Numbered from the stretch's first letter, positions 26,929 through 37,357 are shown. The stretch is DNA of 64,000 bases from Candidatus Aenigmatarchaeota archaeon (GCA_018920365.1 JAHLMM010000001.1:274165-338164); one strand, 5' to 3'. The notes: generated by a model not told the origin, from the letters alone. Made by a program: numbers and translations.

Positions 26929-28953
26929 ATGGAAAGCAGGGAAATACTAGACGAATTTGTCGATTTTCTGAGAACAAATTATTACAGGGAATTGGCAGAC
27001 GTTTTTTCCAAAGGCGAGAGATCGATATTCATAGATTTTGCTCTGATAGATAAATACAAACCTGATTTAGCCGACTTGCTGCTTGAAAAACCTGAAGATA
27101 CATTGAAACTTTTTGAGGCTGCTGTCGAGCAGATTGATTTGCCTGAAAAGAGAAGCATAAAAATAAGGCTTTTTAATTTGCCTAAGAGCGCTGAAATTAG
27201 GATAAGGAATATAAGGTCAGAGCATTTAGGAAAGCTTTTATGTGTTGACGGCATTGTCAAAAGAGCGTCTGAAATTAGGCCTGAAGTTTCTGAAATAGTT
27301 TTTCAATGTGGCGAGTGCGGGGAGAAAATAGTTGTGCTTCAAACAGAAAAGGAAAAAACTCTTGTCTACCCTTCAATGTGTGATAATTGTAAATCAAAAA
27401 GAGGTTTTAAAGTTCTTGATCAAAAGTTGTATGATGCAAGATGGGTTGCAATCGAAGAGCCTTTTGAGATAACTACAGGTGAAAGGCCGTCAGAAATCAT
27501 GATTTATTTGAAAGAGGATTTGACATCGCCTAAAATGCAGTCAAAAACAGACCCAGGAAACAGAATCAAAGTCATAGGCATCTTGAAAGAATTGCCTAGA
27601 AGGACTTCAAAAGGAGGAAAGACAAGACAGATGGAGATATTGTTGGATGCTAACAATGTTGAATCGACTCAAATAGAATGGGAGGAACTTGTTATAAGCG
27701 AAGAAGAGGAAGCTCAAATAAAAGAGTTGGCAAAAGACCCGAAAATATATGATAAGCTTGTTTCATCTCTTGCTCCAAGCATGTATGGTTTGGATGTTGT
27801 AAAGCTTGCTATTGTTATGCAGTTCTTTGGCGGTGTTCCTAAGATTTTGAAGGATGGTACGAGAATAAGAGGTGATATACACATTCTGCTAGTCGGCGAT
27901 CCGGCTGTTGGTAAAAGTCAGTTGCTTAAGCTAGCTTCACAAATGATGCCTAGAGGTAAGTATGTTTCAGGTAAAGGCGTCACTGGCGCAGGTTTGACGG
28001 CAGCTGTTGTTAAAGATGAGCAGTTTTTAGGCGGATGGGTCTTGGAAGCAGGAGCTCTTGTGCTTGCGAACAATTCTATAATAGCAATAGACGAGTTTGA
28101 TAAAATGGAAAAAAGCGATCAGGTTGCTATGCACGAAGCAATGTCTCTGCAGCAAATATCAATAGCCAAAGCATCTATTGTTGCTACTCTACCTGCAAGG
28201 ACATCTGTTTTAGCTGGTGCTAATCCAAAATTAAGCAGATTTGACCAATACAAGCCAATAGGTGAGCAGGTGGACATACCTGAGACACTGTTAAGCAGGT
28301 TTGATGTCAAATTTGCTTTAAGAGATATACCAAATCCTGAGGTTGATGAAAAGATGATCGACCATCTTTTAATGTCGAGGCATTTCAATGAAGAGGAAAT
28401 GATGCCATTAATCAATTCAGATTTGCTGAAAAAATATGTTGCTTATGCAAAGATGCACTGCAATCCTATAATGACAAAAGAGGCGGCAAAGAAATTGAAG
28501 GATTTTTACATAGAGATGAGGAGCAAGTCATCTATATCAGGCGAGGTACAAGCTGTTGCTATAACAATGAGACAATATGAAGCTTTGGTTAGATTGGCAG
28601 AAGCAAGCGCTCGAGTTCAGTTGAGAGAGTTTGTGACGCCTGAAGATGCTGATCGGGCAATTGAGATAATGAAGTTTTCACTTAGACAGTTTGGTTTTGA
28701 TGAAAAGACAGGCACGTTTGATATTGATAAAGCAGAAGGTGGTGTAAGCAGTGCTCAAAGAAGCAAGATAAAGATTGTAACTGATATAATTGAGGAGCTT
28801 GAAAGAGAGATGCAGTCAAAATCAATACCTATTGACGATCTGAGAAAAAGAGCTCAAGAACAAGGCGTTGGCGATGTTGATAATATAATCAGAAAAATGA
28901 AAGAAGAAGGCATTGTCTTTGAGCCAAAGCACGGATTTATTCAGAGGATTTAG
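26929..28953 (+). CDS. mcm: MCM replicative helicase
   Basis: Zn-finger 'CGEC...CDNC', Walker A 'GDPAVGKSQ', Walker B 'IDEFDKM', and the arginine finger 'SRFD'. Confidence 0.9.
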   Translation: MESREILDEFVDFLRTNYYRELADVFSKGERSIFIDFALIDKYKPDLADLLLEKPEDTLKLFEAAVEQIDLPEKRSIKIRLFNLPKSAEIRIRNIRSEHLGKLLCVDGIVKRASEIRPEVSEIVFQCGECGEKIVVLQTEKEKTLVYPSMCDNCKSKRGFKVLDQKLYDARWVAIEEPFEITTGERPSEIMIYLKEDLTSPKMQSKTDPGNRIKVIGILKELPRRTSKGGKTRQMEILLDANNVESTQIEWEELVISEEEEAQIKELAKDPKIYDKLVSSLAPSMYGLDVVKLAIVMQFFGGVPKILKDGTRIRGDIHILLVGDPAVGKSQLLKLASQMMPRGKYVSGKGVTGAGLTAAVVKDEQFLGGWVLEAGALVLANNSIIAIDEFDKMEKSDQVAMHEAMSLQQISIAKASIVATLPARTSVLAGANPKLSRFDQYKPIGEQVDIPETLLSRFDVKFALRDIPNPEVDEKMIDHLLMSRHFNEEEMMPLINSDLLKKYVAYAKMHCNPIMTKEAAKKLKDFYIEMRSKSSISGEVQAVAITMRQYEALVRLAEASARVQLREFVTPEDADRAIEIMKFSLRQFGFDEKTGTFDIDKAEGGVSSAQRSKIKIVTDIIEELEREMQSKSIPIDDLRKRAQEQGVGDVDNIIRKMKEEGIVFEPKHGFIQRI

Positions 28954-29304
28954 GGACATAGATTTCAGATATAGGTGTTGTGATTAATATATTTTCTTTA
29001 AAAGCAAAAATCATTCTTGCTCCTTTTTCTGGTTCAGAAAGTTGTTTATTTGGATTATTGGGGTCAATGTATCCTTTCAAATTACCGTTATATTGGCTAG
29101 AACCATCATAAATTTCCCCTTCATTTGTTATTAAGTGTGTTTTGTGTTTGTACAACGTAAATGTAAGTTGACATACCAAATATTTTATCAAAAATATTAT
29201 TTAAACTTTTGTATATTTTACTACATAATAGTAATATATTTAACTATAAGCTCAAAACATACCAAAATTGAATTTTTATTAAATTTGCACAGTAATTTAA
29301 TTTT

Positions 29305-29895
29305 ATGATTCTAACAGCTGTGTTTTTGCTACTGCTTTCATTAATTTTCGCTCTATTAGAAATAGAGATTGAAGGAAAATATGGATGGGCAGAAAAAATT
29401 CCTACTTGGCATAAGAAATCGAAAATGTTTTCTTTTTTAGCTAGCAAAAAACCCCTTACAGGTTATCATTTTTTTATGTTGCTATTCCTTTTCATGCTCT
29501 TTCATTTTGTGTTTTTTGTTGGATTAAAATGGTCTTTATCTTTAGAGCTTAGAATAATCTCCTATTTTATTTTATTCCTAGTTATAGAAGATTTTTTATG
29601 GTTTGTTTTTAACCCTTATTATGGATTGAAAAAATTCAAAAAAGACAAGATCTGGTGGCATTATAACAGCAAATGGATCTTTAACTTAATCCCGCTAGAT
29701 TACATAATTGGTATTTTTCTAAGTATTCTGTTAATGTATTTTTCATCTGTTGCTTCAGAGAATTTACAAATTTTGTTTGAATTTTTATATTCTCTTTCAT
29801 TTATTCTTATTCTAATCTTAGCGATTTCAATTTTTTTACCAGCGCCCTACAAAAAATGGTATTATTTTATGAGAAAGAACAACAAAGAGAATTAA
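29305..29895 (+). CDS. Polytopic membrane protein, unknown function
   Basis: Five to six TM helices. No recognisable motif. Confidence 0.4.
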   Translation: MILTAVFLLLLSLIFALLEIEIEGKYGWAEKIPTWHKKSKMFSFLASKKPLTGYHFFMLLFLFMLFHFVFFVGLKWSLSLELRIISYFILFLVIEDFLWFVFNPYYGLKKFKKDKIWWHYNSKWIFNLIPLDYIIGIFLSILLMYFSSVASENLQILFEFLYSLSFILILILAISIFLPAPYKKWYYFMRKNNKEN

Positions 29896-29979
29896 TTTTT
29901 TTATAATATTAAAAAAATTGGCTATGCAATGAAAATACTTCAAATAAATTTAAATCTTCTCAACCCAATAAACTAATTC

Positions 29980-30603
29980 ATGAAAATTGGAATATTTGAC
30001 TGGTTTCTGGATACATTTGGATTAAGAAAGCCAATAAGGCTTGGTATATATGGTAGCGTTAACGTAGGAAAGACAACTCTAGCAAACAAAATAGCACTTG
30101 ATTGGACTGGCGAAGAGATAGGCTCAATTTCAGCAGTCCCACACGAAACAAGATTTGTTCAAAAAAAAGAAAAGGTTGAAATAAAACATGGCGGCAAAAA
30201 AATAACGATAAATTTACTTGACATGCCTGGCTTGGCAACAAAAATAGATTATAGAGATTTCTTGAAATATGGTATAAAGAGAAAGGAAGCAAAAGAGAGG
30301 GCAAAAGAAGCGACCCAAGGTGTTATAGAAGCTATAAAATGGTTGAATAATGTTGACACTGTCCTAGCTGTTATGGATGCAACAAAAGACCCTTTGACAC
30401 AGGTAAATGCTACACTTCTAGGAAATTTGGAGGCCAAAAACATCCCAGTTATAATAGTAATAAACAAGATTGATTTGAAAAACGCAAAGCCAGAAAACAT
30501 AAAGGAAATGTTCTCTCAATACCCATCTGTTGAAGTTTCTGCGTTGACAGGAAAGAATATTGATAAATTGTACGAGATGATTGCAAAATATGCGAGGAGA
30601 TAG
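29980..30603 (+). CDS. Small GTP-binding protein (Era/EngB-like)
   Basis: G1 'GSVNVGKTT', G3 'DMPG', G4 'NKID'. Confidence 0.65.
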   Translation: MKIGIFDWFLDTFGLRKPIRLGIYGSVNVGKTTLANKIALDWTGEEIGSISAVPHETRFVQKKEKVEIKHGGKKITINLLDMPGLATKIDYRDFLKYGIKRKEAKERAKEATQGVIEAIKWLNNVDTVLAVMDATKDPLTQVNATLLGNLEAKNIPVIIVINKIDLKNAKPENIKEMFSQYPSVEVSALTGKNIDKLYEMIAKYARR

Positions 30604-31018
30604 AATGAAAAAAATAAAGATGGACTTTATTTCTTCTGCTTCGCTTAGCGAGAAGGAGCCTGAGAAAAGGATAAACTTTATATTAAACAAGATTAAAGAT
30701 GGTTCTATACTTGTTATAGATGGTGTGTTAAAGCCGGAAGAGGAGATGAATTTGATAAGAGAAACCATGAGAAGGGTTGATGAGGGTTTTCCTGGAATAG
30801 AAGTATGCAGCCTCAAAAAACCTGGAAATTTTCTTACAAATCTGGTTGATAAATTTATGGATAGAAAAGAGGATATACAGAGAATGTTTGGCACATTGAC
30901 TGGCAATCCATCAATAACAACAAACTTGAGGACAGGGCTGACATTCATAGGCCCTGCAAAAGTTATAAAAAAGATAAAGAAAAATCCAGATTCTTTTTCT
31001 GTTTTGGCAGAGGTGTGA
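30581..31018 (+). CDS. Conserved hypothetical protein co-operonic with the GTPase
   Basis: Its start overlaps the end of the GTPase gene. No catalytic motif. The real start may be 'MKKIKMDF' near 30605. Confidence 0.4.
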   Translation: MQNMRGDRMKKIKMDFISSASLSEKEPEKRINFILNKIKDGSILVIDGVLKPEEEMNLIRETMRRVDEGFPGIEVCSLKKPGNFLTNLVDKFMDRKEDIQRMFGTLTGNPSITTNLRTGLTFIGPAKVIKKIKKNPDSFSVLAEV

Positions 31019-31022
31019 TTTT

Positions 31023-31397
31023 ATGTCGCATAAATGTCTTAGATGTGGGAAGCTATATGAAAATGACGATCCTCAAGTCATCAAAGGATGCACATGTGGC
31101 TCTATATTTTTCTTGTTCATAAAAGACAAGTCTGAAATGGAAAAGTTCCAGGAAATAGAAAGGAATTTAAAGCTAAATAGAACAAGTTTGGAAATGGAGT
31201 TGGAAAAGGAATTTATCAAGGCAGCTAATGAAGAGAACAGCTTTGGTGTTGAGACGATAAAAAATCCTATTGACGGTGTTTATGAAATAAATCTTGAAGC
31301 GTTGCTTAACAAACAACCTTTAGTAATTCTAAAGAACGGAAGGACATATATGATACACTTGCCTTCTGTTTTTGAAAAAGTAAAAGAAAGAGATTAA
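31023..31397 (+). CDS. Zn-ribbon protein
   Basis: 'CLRCG...CTCG' near the N-terminus. Third gene of the GTPase trio. Confidence 0.4.
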   Translation: MSHKCLRCGKLYENDDPQVIKGCTCGSIFFLFIKDKSEMEKFQEIERNLKLNRTSLEMELEKEFIKAANEENSFGVETIKNPIDGVYEINLEALLNKQPLVILKNGRTYMIHLPSVFEKVKERD

Positions 31398-31415
31398 CCG
31401 CCTGTTAGCACATTT

Positions 31416-31727
31416 CTAGCTTGTCAATCCATTTTCTGCTGTTATATTTTTTATCATTCCTGCATTAACTGCTTGAAAAACAATAATTGTTTTGTTTTTG
31501 GCTTGATTATAGAATAGCTGGCCTTGATAGCAATAGCACATATTGTCTTTCACAAAAGCATATTCTAGGTTTGCATATTCGCAAAACTGGCTGCAAAGTG
31601 AAACTTGAGTTTTTGGTTGATTTGTAAGCAATCCATGCACGAAATAACCTGCTGCAAAGAACACTATCAACAAAAGAAATCTAGCAACATCCTTTTTTCT
31701 TATTTTTATAAATTCATCTTCAGGCAT
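31416..31727 (-). CDS. Small Cys-rich membrane-anchored/secreted protein
   Basis: An N-terminal TM helix and six Cys ('CSQFCEY...CYCYQG'). Confidence 0.4.
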   Translation of the reverse strand: MPEDEFIKIRKKDVARFLLLIVFFAAGYFVHGLLTNQPKTQVSLCSQFCEYANLEYAFVKDNMCYCYQGQLFYNQAKNKTIIVFQAVNAGMIKNITAENGLTS

Positions 31728-31789
31728 GTAAATTATATAGAAAGTTAATTAAATAAGCTTTTTTATTAAATTTCCTGAATTATTATTTT

Positions 31790-32665
31790 ATGAGAATTTT
31801 TGTTGTATTGCTCATATTATTTGCATTTTTCATAATCATTAATTTAACAAGATCGCAAGAAATTTCTCTTTATTGCTATGTTACCAATTTTTGTGAATAT
31901 ACAGATGTGTTTCATATTTCTGATTTAACAGACGCACATGCAGAGATAAATAGTGAAAATAATTATGAATACAAAGTTTGTTGCAACTTGAACAATGGTT
32001 TTGATTTAAATGTTGTGCAGAGATCTTATGGTGGAATAATTGGGTTTTCTTATACGACAAATGCACATGCCGAGATAGGCAACAAATCAAATTATGAATA
32101 TATGATAGACATGATTCCAGAGCACGGTGATGTGTTCTGCACTTCTGCTTATTCTTGTGATGACTATAATACATGCCTAGTTTCAATATCAGGTGAGACA
32201 GACGCCCACTTAGGAGATTGCGTGACAAACCCATATCAATTGAAGATTTGCTGTTCTTATGGCAGTTTGGATATAAACATAAGCTCAAATGTCACGAGAC
32301 TCGAATATGGCAATGATTTCAAAATATATGGACATGCTACAAAAGCAGGTATACCATTAGAAAATTCTCATGTGAACATAAATGTAAACAATTTTGATTT
32401 TTGTGCAGCAATGACAAATTCAAATGGATATTATGAATGTTCTTTCAAATCACCTAAAAGAATAGGAAAAATAAATATAACAGCAACAATTACAGATGAA
32501 TCTAGTCTTAAAACAAAGTCTGCTTATACACAAATAGATACATATATTTCTTATGGCAGCAAAATTGAAAGGACTGATACAGTCTGTATAGAAAAACCTG
32601 CATTAATACAAAACGAAGATGGAAGTATTGATATAGTTACAGTAAATTTGTGTTTGTGGAAGTGA
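31790..32665 (+). CDS. Secreted Cys-rich protein with three 'AHAE/AHLG' repeats
   Basis: Signal peptide. Repeats are 'TDAHAEINSENNYEYKVCC', 'TNAHAEIGNKSNYEYMID' and 'TDAHLGDCVTNPYQLKICC'. Confidence 0.5.
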   Translation: MRIFVVLLILFAFFIIINLTRSQEISLYCYVTNFCEYTDVFHISDLTDAHAEINSENNYEYKVCCNLNNGFDLNVVQRSYGGIIGFSYTTNAHAEIGNKSNYEYMIDMIPEHGDVFCTSAYSCDDYNTCLVSISGETDAHLGDCVTNPYQLKICCSYGSLDINISSNVTRLEYGNDFKIYGHATKAGIPLENSHVNINVNNFDFCAAMTNSNGYYECSFKSPKRIGKINITATITDESSLKTKSAYTQIDTYISYGSKIERTDTVCIEKPALIQNEDGSIDIVTVNLCLWK

Positions 32666-32669
32666 AAAA

Positions 32670-33926
32670 ATGAATTGGATTGATTTTGCAATTTCTGGCA
32701 CAATATTCTTAGCTTTTATTGTAGTTGTCCTCATTCTAACAATAAATTATTTTTCAAACAAGATTTATGAAATTAGATCAAACGAAATATCCAAAGCATC
32801 AGAATCATATTTATCAAAAATCACAGATCAAGGTGTTAATGATGAGTGGGATTTGAGAAATCAGACTCCTGTTAGCTTTGGCCTTGGAAGAGATGTTTAC
32901 TTTATACCAATATTAGTAAATTCAACAACGAATAAAAGAAGTTACGATGTTTTAAGTATTGACTTGAATTTTGATTATTATTGCTCAAAAAAAATAAACA
33001 TTTCTTCTATACGTGTTTTGAATCAAACCTTTAATGAAGTGAATTATACGCTGATAAACAAAAATTTTTGTGATGACGGTATAAAAAATTCAACCATTGT
33101 GTTTTATGACAAACCAGGAAGTGAAAAAAAATATTTTGTATATTTTTCTCGCGAACCTTTGATTGAAAGAAATTACACACTTGATTATAATATGTCTTTG
33201 TATTTTGACTTTGATAGAGCAGAAAGCAATATAATTATGGATAAAACAGAAAATGGAAATGACGGATTTCTTACATCTGGTTTCCTTGACTATGGGAAGT
33301 TTGGCTATTCTGTAAATTTCAACAAACTTGGAATAATAAACATAAGTGAAAATAAAAATTTGAATTCTAGCATTATAAGCTTAGACTTTTGGGTAAAAAT
33401 TAATGAATATGATGACTCTAAAATAATTGAAAAGGCAAACTCTTATGGACTGAAGCTTGGGCCGGTTGGTCAAAATAATAGAATAATAGGCTATATTGAA
33501 GGTTTGCCAGAAAATTATCAGCCATATACACCTATTTTGAACCTTGATGAATGGTATCATATAGTATTTACTTCTGATGGTCATGTGCATTCAATTTATC
33601 TAAATGGTAATTTAGTGAATTCGACTAACTATGACATATCTTTGCCAACGCAAGAATCGTCAATGTCATTAGGAGGAGATTATAATCAGAATTATCTTTT
33701 TAATGGAAGTATTGATGAATTGAGAGTATACAGACATGTCATAACTAGTCAGGATGTTTTAAATTCAAATTCATCTGCTCCAAACCAAATAACTGTTTTT
33801 CCAGAAATGAATGATGTTATAATTTCATTCAATAAAATGAAATCTTTGAAAAATTTGGACTATGATTTTGTTAAAAAAACTTTTGGAGATAAATATAATT
33901 TTAGAATAGAGGTGTATAAAAATTAA
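32670..33926 (+). CDS. Surface protein with LamG/concanavalin-like domain
   Basis: An N-terminal TM/pilin-like helix. 'YHIVFTSDGHVHSIYLNGNLV...GSIDELRVYRHVITSQDV' is typical of LamG jelly-roll domains. Confidence 0.5.
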   Translation: MNWIDFAISGTIFLAFIVVVLILTINYFSNKIYEIRSNEISKASESYLSKITDQGVNDEWDLRNQTPVSFGLGRDVYFIPILVNSTTNKRSYDVLSIDLNFDYYCSKKINISSIRVLNQTFNEVNYTLINKNFCDDGIKNSTIVFYDKPGSEKKYFVYFSREPLIERNYTLDYNMSLYFDFDRAESNIIMDKTENGNDGFLTSGFLDYGKFGYSVNFNKLGIINISENKNLNSSIISLDFWVKINEYDDSKIIEKANSYGLKLGPVGQNNRIIGYIEGLPENYQPYTPILNLDEWYHIVFTSDGHVHSIYLNGNLVNSTNYDISLPTQESSMSLGGDYNQNYLFNGSIDELRVYRHVITSQDVLNSNSSAPNQITVFPEMNDVIISFNKMKSLKNLDYDFVKKTFGDKYNFRIEVYKN

Positions 33927-33939
33927 AGGACTATCTTTT

Positions 33940-34311
33940 TTGGTTGAGGTTTCAATATCAATTGTAATAATATCATTATTTCTCATAGTTTTTATGAATC
34001 AAAATTATGAAAGTCAAAATAGAATGCAAAAGAACAAAGATGAAGTGTTTTCTGTTTTGTTATCTTTGGAAAGAAAAAATGAATTGAGAGATATAATTTT
34101 TTCAAACAATGTGAATAAAATTAACCAAACTATATCAAGCTCTATTCCAAAGCTAAAAAGGTTTTATCCAGTTATATTTAATAAAACAACAAATGTGACT
34201 GTATTGCCTAATATAAATGATAAAAGAAATGTTGCAGTAATTGAATACTTAATATCAGGCGAGTATGGAAAATATGACCCAAGAATATTAAAAATATTTT
34301 TATGGGATTGA
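33940..34311 (+). CDS. Pilin-like small protein (N-terminal hydrophobic helix)
   Basis: An N-terminal helix 'VSISIVIISLFLIVF'. Part of a same-strand, overlapping gene cluster. Confidence 0.4.
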   Translation: MVEVSISIVIISLFLIVFMNQNYESQNRMQKNKDEVFSVLLSLERKNELRDIIFSNNVNKINQTISSSIPKLKRFYPVIFNKTTNVTVLPNINDKRNVAVIEYLISGEYGKYDPRILKIFLWD

Positions 34312-34312
34312 A

Positions 34313-34906
34313 ATGAAAAAAGGACAATTTTTCATAATATCTGCTGTTGTTGTAGTTTTAATTCTAACATTAATACAGATATCTATAAGAGAATACAATC
34401 AAGGAAGGCAGGGATATGATAAAAGCTATATTTTATATTATTTCAACGAGGTAAAAAGAGAAATACCAACATCATATTTTATTGATGGAAGTGGATCGAT
34501 TGAAAATTTTATTGATTTCAATAGTTTTGTAAGAAAAAGCGTTAATGAAAAAAATTTTTATTATGAATCTTTTTCAATTATTTTGTTTAATATTGACGAA
34601 TCACCAGATAAATTGAATTTGACAGCAGTAAACTTTCTAAAAGGTGATATATACGTCAATTTTACTTTGAATTCTACCCCAGTTCAACAATATGGAATGT
34701 TTGTCAAAAGCAACGATTATAATTCAACTGTTTTTAATGTTGACAGAAATCTTGATTATTATTTGGAATTGCAAGGAGATAGCAATTACACAATAAATTT
34801 GGATTTGAGCAATAAAAACTTGCATATAATTTTTTCAGAAATTCGGATAATCGGAAATAACATAGAGTATATTGATAAAGTCGAAAAACATATATTTTTG
34901 CAATGA
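34313..34906 (+). CDS. Type IV pilin-like protein (class III signal peptide candidate)
   Basis: 'MKKGQFFIISAVVVVLILTLI' has a KG-Q site resembling archaeal prepilin cleavage sites. Confidence 0.45.
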   Translation: MKKGQFFIISAVVVVLILTLIQISIREYNQGRQGYDKSYILYYFNEVKREIPTSYFIDGSGSIENFIDFNSFVRKSVNEKNFYYESFSIILFNIDESPDKLNLTAVNFLKGDIYVNFTLNSTPVQQYGMFVKSNDYNSTVFNVDRNLDYYLELQGDSNYTINLDLSNKNLHIIFSEIRIIGNNIEYIDKVEKHIFLQ

Positions 34907-35376
34907 AAGGATTAAATGAATTTATGACTTTGGGAATTATAGTTTTAATTTCTATAACACTGATAACAATTTCTATCAATTATATAAAACCGATAATAGA
35001 AAGATCTAATGATAATTTTGCTTTAAATGAAGGATTATCTAATCTGATCTTAATAAAAAATACTATAGAAGAAATTTCAAGTGAGAGTCAAGGTTCTTCA
35101 AGAACAATAAAATTAAGGTCATATTATGGCGTTTACATCTTCGATTCTTTGTCTGACACTATAAATTTTACACATGTAAAATCAAGCGACGTTAGTTTTT
35201 ATGGAAATAGAAACGGCATAAATGTAACTACATCTGGAAATGTAATTATGATTTTCACAAAAATAGATAATATAGATATAATGAATAGTCTTGTTTTTAC
35301 AAAAGGTGATAACATATTGAAAATTTCATACGACAGCTTTGACAACGGCTTGGTGAAAATAAATATAACATCATAA
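34903..35376 (+). CDS. Type IV pilin-like protein
   Basis: 'MKGLNEFMTLGIIVLISITLITI', with start/stop overlap to the upstream gene. Confidence 0.45.
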   Translation: MKGLNEFMTLGIIVLISITLITISINYIKPIIERSNDNFALNEGLSNLILIKNTIEEISSESQGSSRTIKLRSYYGVYIFDSLSDTINFTHVKSSDVSFYGNRNGINVTTSGNVIMIFTKIDNIDIMNSLVFTKGDNILKISYDSFDNGLVKINITS

Positions 35377-35420
35377 TTCAATAGAAATTATTAAATAATC
35401 GGTTATACTTATAAGATTTT

Positions 35421-35555
35421 ATGGTTGTTTGGAAAAATATAAAATGCCCGAGATGTGGGAAACCAAATGAAAGAATTTCTTTGAAAAAGAGAAATGGATC
35501 TTGTATGTTTTGCGGATTTAAAATGGCTTCAAATATAAACGGATTTTTAAAGTAA
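35421..35555 (+). CDS. Small Zn-ribbon protein (44 aa)
   Basis: 'KCPRCGK...CMFCGF'. Not in the ORF track (under 60 aa). Confidence 0.3.
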   Translation: MVVWKNIKCPRCGKPNERISLKKRNGSCMFCGFKMASNINGFLK

Positions 35556-35670
35556 TATTATCATTTTTTACCAAAAATTTTAAATAAGATGTTAACAATT
35601 AGTTTTTCTTGATAAAAATGCAATTTGATGACTTTGATGATGAATGGGAATGGGATATGGAAGATGATTT

Positions 35671-35853
35671 CTAGCCAAACATGCTAGAAAAAACATCAGA
35701 AATTTGATTTTGTTCTTTACCATTTTTACAATCTATACACAACCACTCGTTTTTCTTTTTTGACAAACATTTATGGCATCCTATTTTTCCGCACTTGTCA
35801 CATTCTCTCATCTCAGTTGTTATGCTGTTGCAACTAGGACAGTTTAAAGCCAT
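35671..35853 (-). CDS. Small Zn-ribbon protein
   Basis: 'CPSCN...CDKCGKIGCHKC...CIDC'. Confidence 0.35.
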   Translation of the reverse strand: MALNCPSCNSITTEMRECDKCGKIGCHKCLSKKKNEWLCIDCKNGKEQNQISDVFSSMFG

Positions 35854-35886
35854 AAATAAATTATATCAAAACCAATATTAATAAAA

Positions 35887-37290
35887 GTGGCTATGGAAGA
35901 AATAGGATATTCGCAAATAGTAAAGAAAAATGTAGAAAATAGCGTGAAAGAGGGTGCTTTACATTCAGTTAAACTAGGCGCTGGTGAATCTTATATAAAT
36001 GCTTTTGCTATAAAGGTTTTGAATTTTACAAATACGCAAATAGGTCTGTTAACATCGTTACCGCTGTTTCTTGGATATTTTTCGAATATTTTTACATCAA
36101 AGATTATTGATAAATTAAACAGCAGAAAAAAATTGATTGTTATAGGTGCATTTATAAATGCACTTTGCTTTATTCCAATATTCCTAAGTTTTTTCATAAA
36201 AGGCTATGAATTTCCATTTATGTTAGCATCAGTCACTCTATATTTTGTATCAGATCTTATTGTTACACCAGCATGGATAAGTCTGATGGGTGATATAATA
36301 CCAGATAGAATAAAACCAATATTTTTTGGTGAAAGAAATAAAATAAACAACCTTGTGGCTTTTTGCTTCATGCTTATAAGTGGCATTATACTTCACAATG
36401 TTTCTGGCATAAGTCAAATTTACGCATTTGGTATAATATTTTTTATAGCATTCCTCGCAAAGTTAGGATCTTTTTTCATGCATACAAAAATTTATGAACC
36501 AAATTATGTTTCAGATGAATTTGAAAAGTTCAGTATAGGAGATTTCATTAAAAAACTAAAATACACAAAGTTCGGAATATTTGTAATTTACATGTGTGTT
36601 TTTACATTTTCATTCAGAATAGCCGCTCCTTTCTTTTCTGTGTATATGTTCAGAGATCTTAATTTCACTTATTGGCAATTTGCAATAATAACTACTGGTA
36701 ATGCTATAGCAACAATAATTAGCATGCCATGGTGGGGCAAGTATATTGATGAATATGGAAACAAGAAAATTATGTCATTGACAGGATTGCTTATACCATT
36801 CATACCTTTTTTGTGGATGTTATCAGAAAATATAGTTTATTTGTTCATTGTTGAGATATTTTCTGGTTTTGTGTGGGCTGGTTTTAATCTATCAACATTC
36901 AATTTTGTATTTTACTCAACTTCTTCAGAAAAAAGGGCAAGAGCTTACTCATATTACAATATACTTATAGGATTTTCTATAATATCTGGAACTATGTTTG
37001 GTACTTGGCTGCTCAAGTTTGGCTATTTCTTCAAAAGTGAAATATTTATTGTGTTTATTGTTTCTTCAATTGCAAGATTGATAACAAGCTTGTATTTCTT
37101 ACCAAAAATAAAAGAACCACCTAAAAAAGAAATATCAACAATAAAATTGTTTTGGCAAGTTTCTTTTGTTGAAGCAAGAAGATCTTTGCACAATATAAGC
37201 ATATTTAAACGAAAGCCGAAAAAAAGATCTTTTTTTGAAAGACTAGTTGAACAAGTCAATGAAATTGAAAGTGCAGGAGGCAGGATTTGA
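35887..37290 (+). CDS. MFS transporter
   Basis: Twelve TM segments. The 3' end of the ORF reads through into the antisense tRNA gene. Confidence 0.6.
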   Translation: MAMEEIGYSQIVKKNVENSVKEGALHSVKLGAGESYINAFAIKVLNFTNTQIGLLTSLPLFLGYFSNIFTSKIIDKLNSRKKLIVIGAFINALCFIPIFLSFFIKGYEFPFMLASVTLYFVSDLIVTPAWISLMGDIIPDRIKPIFFGERNKINNLVAFCFMLISGIILHNVSGISQIYAFGIIFFIAFLAKLGSFFMHTKIYEPNYVSDEFEKFSIGDFIKKLKYTKFGIFVIYMCVFTFSFRIAAPFFSVYMFRDLNFTYWQFAIITTGNAIATIISMPWWGKYIDEYGNKKIMSLTGLLIPFIPFLWMLSENIVYLFIVEIFSGFVWAGFNLSTFNFVFYSTSSEKRARAYSYYNILIGFSIISGTMFGTWLLKFGYFFKSEIFIVFIVSSIARLITSLYFLPKIKEPPKKEISTIKLFWQVSFVEARRSLHNISIFKRKPKKRSFFERLVEQVNEIESAGGRI

Positions 37291-37357
37291 ACCTGCGTAT
37301 CCACTAAGGAACCAGCTCCTAAGGCTGGCGCCATTGACCAGGCTAGGCGACTCCTGC
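37272..37357 (-). tRNA. tRNA-Leu (anticodon TAG)
   Basis: GCAGGAG acceptor, D-arm GCC/GGC, anticodon stem CCAGC/GCTGG with loop CTTAGGA, long variable arm, T-arm GCAGG-TTCAAAT-CCTGC, and discriminator A. Confidence 0.85.
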
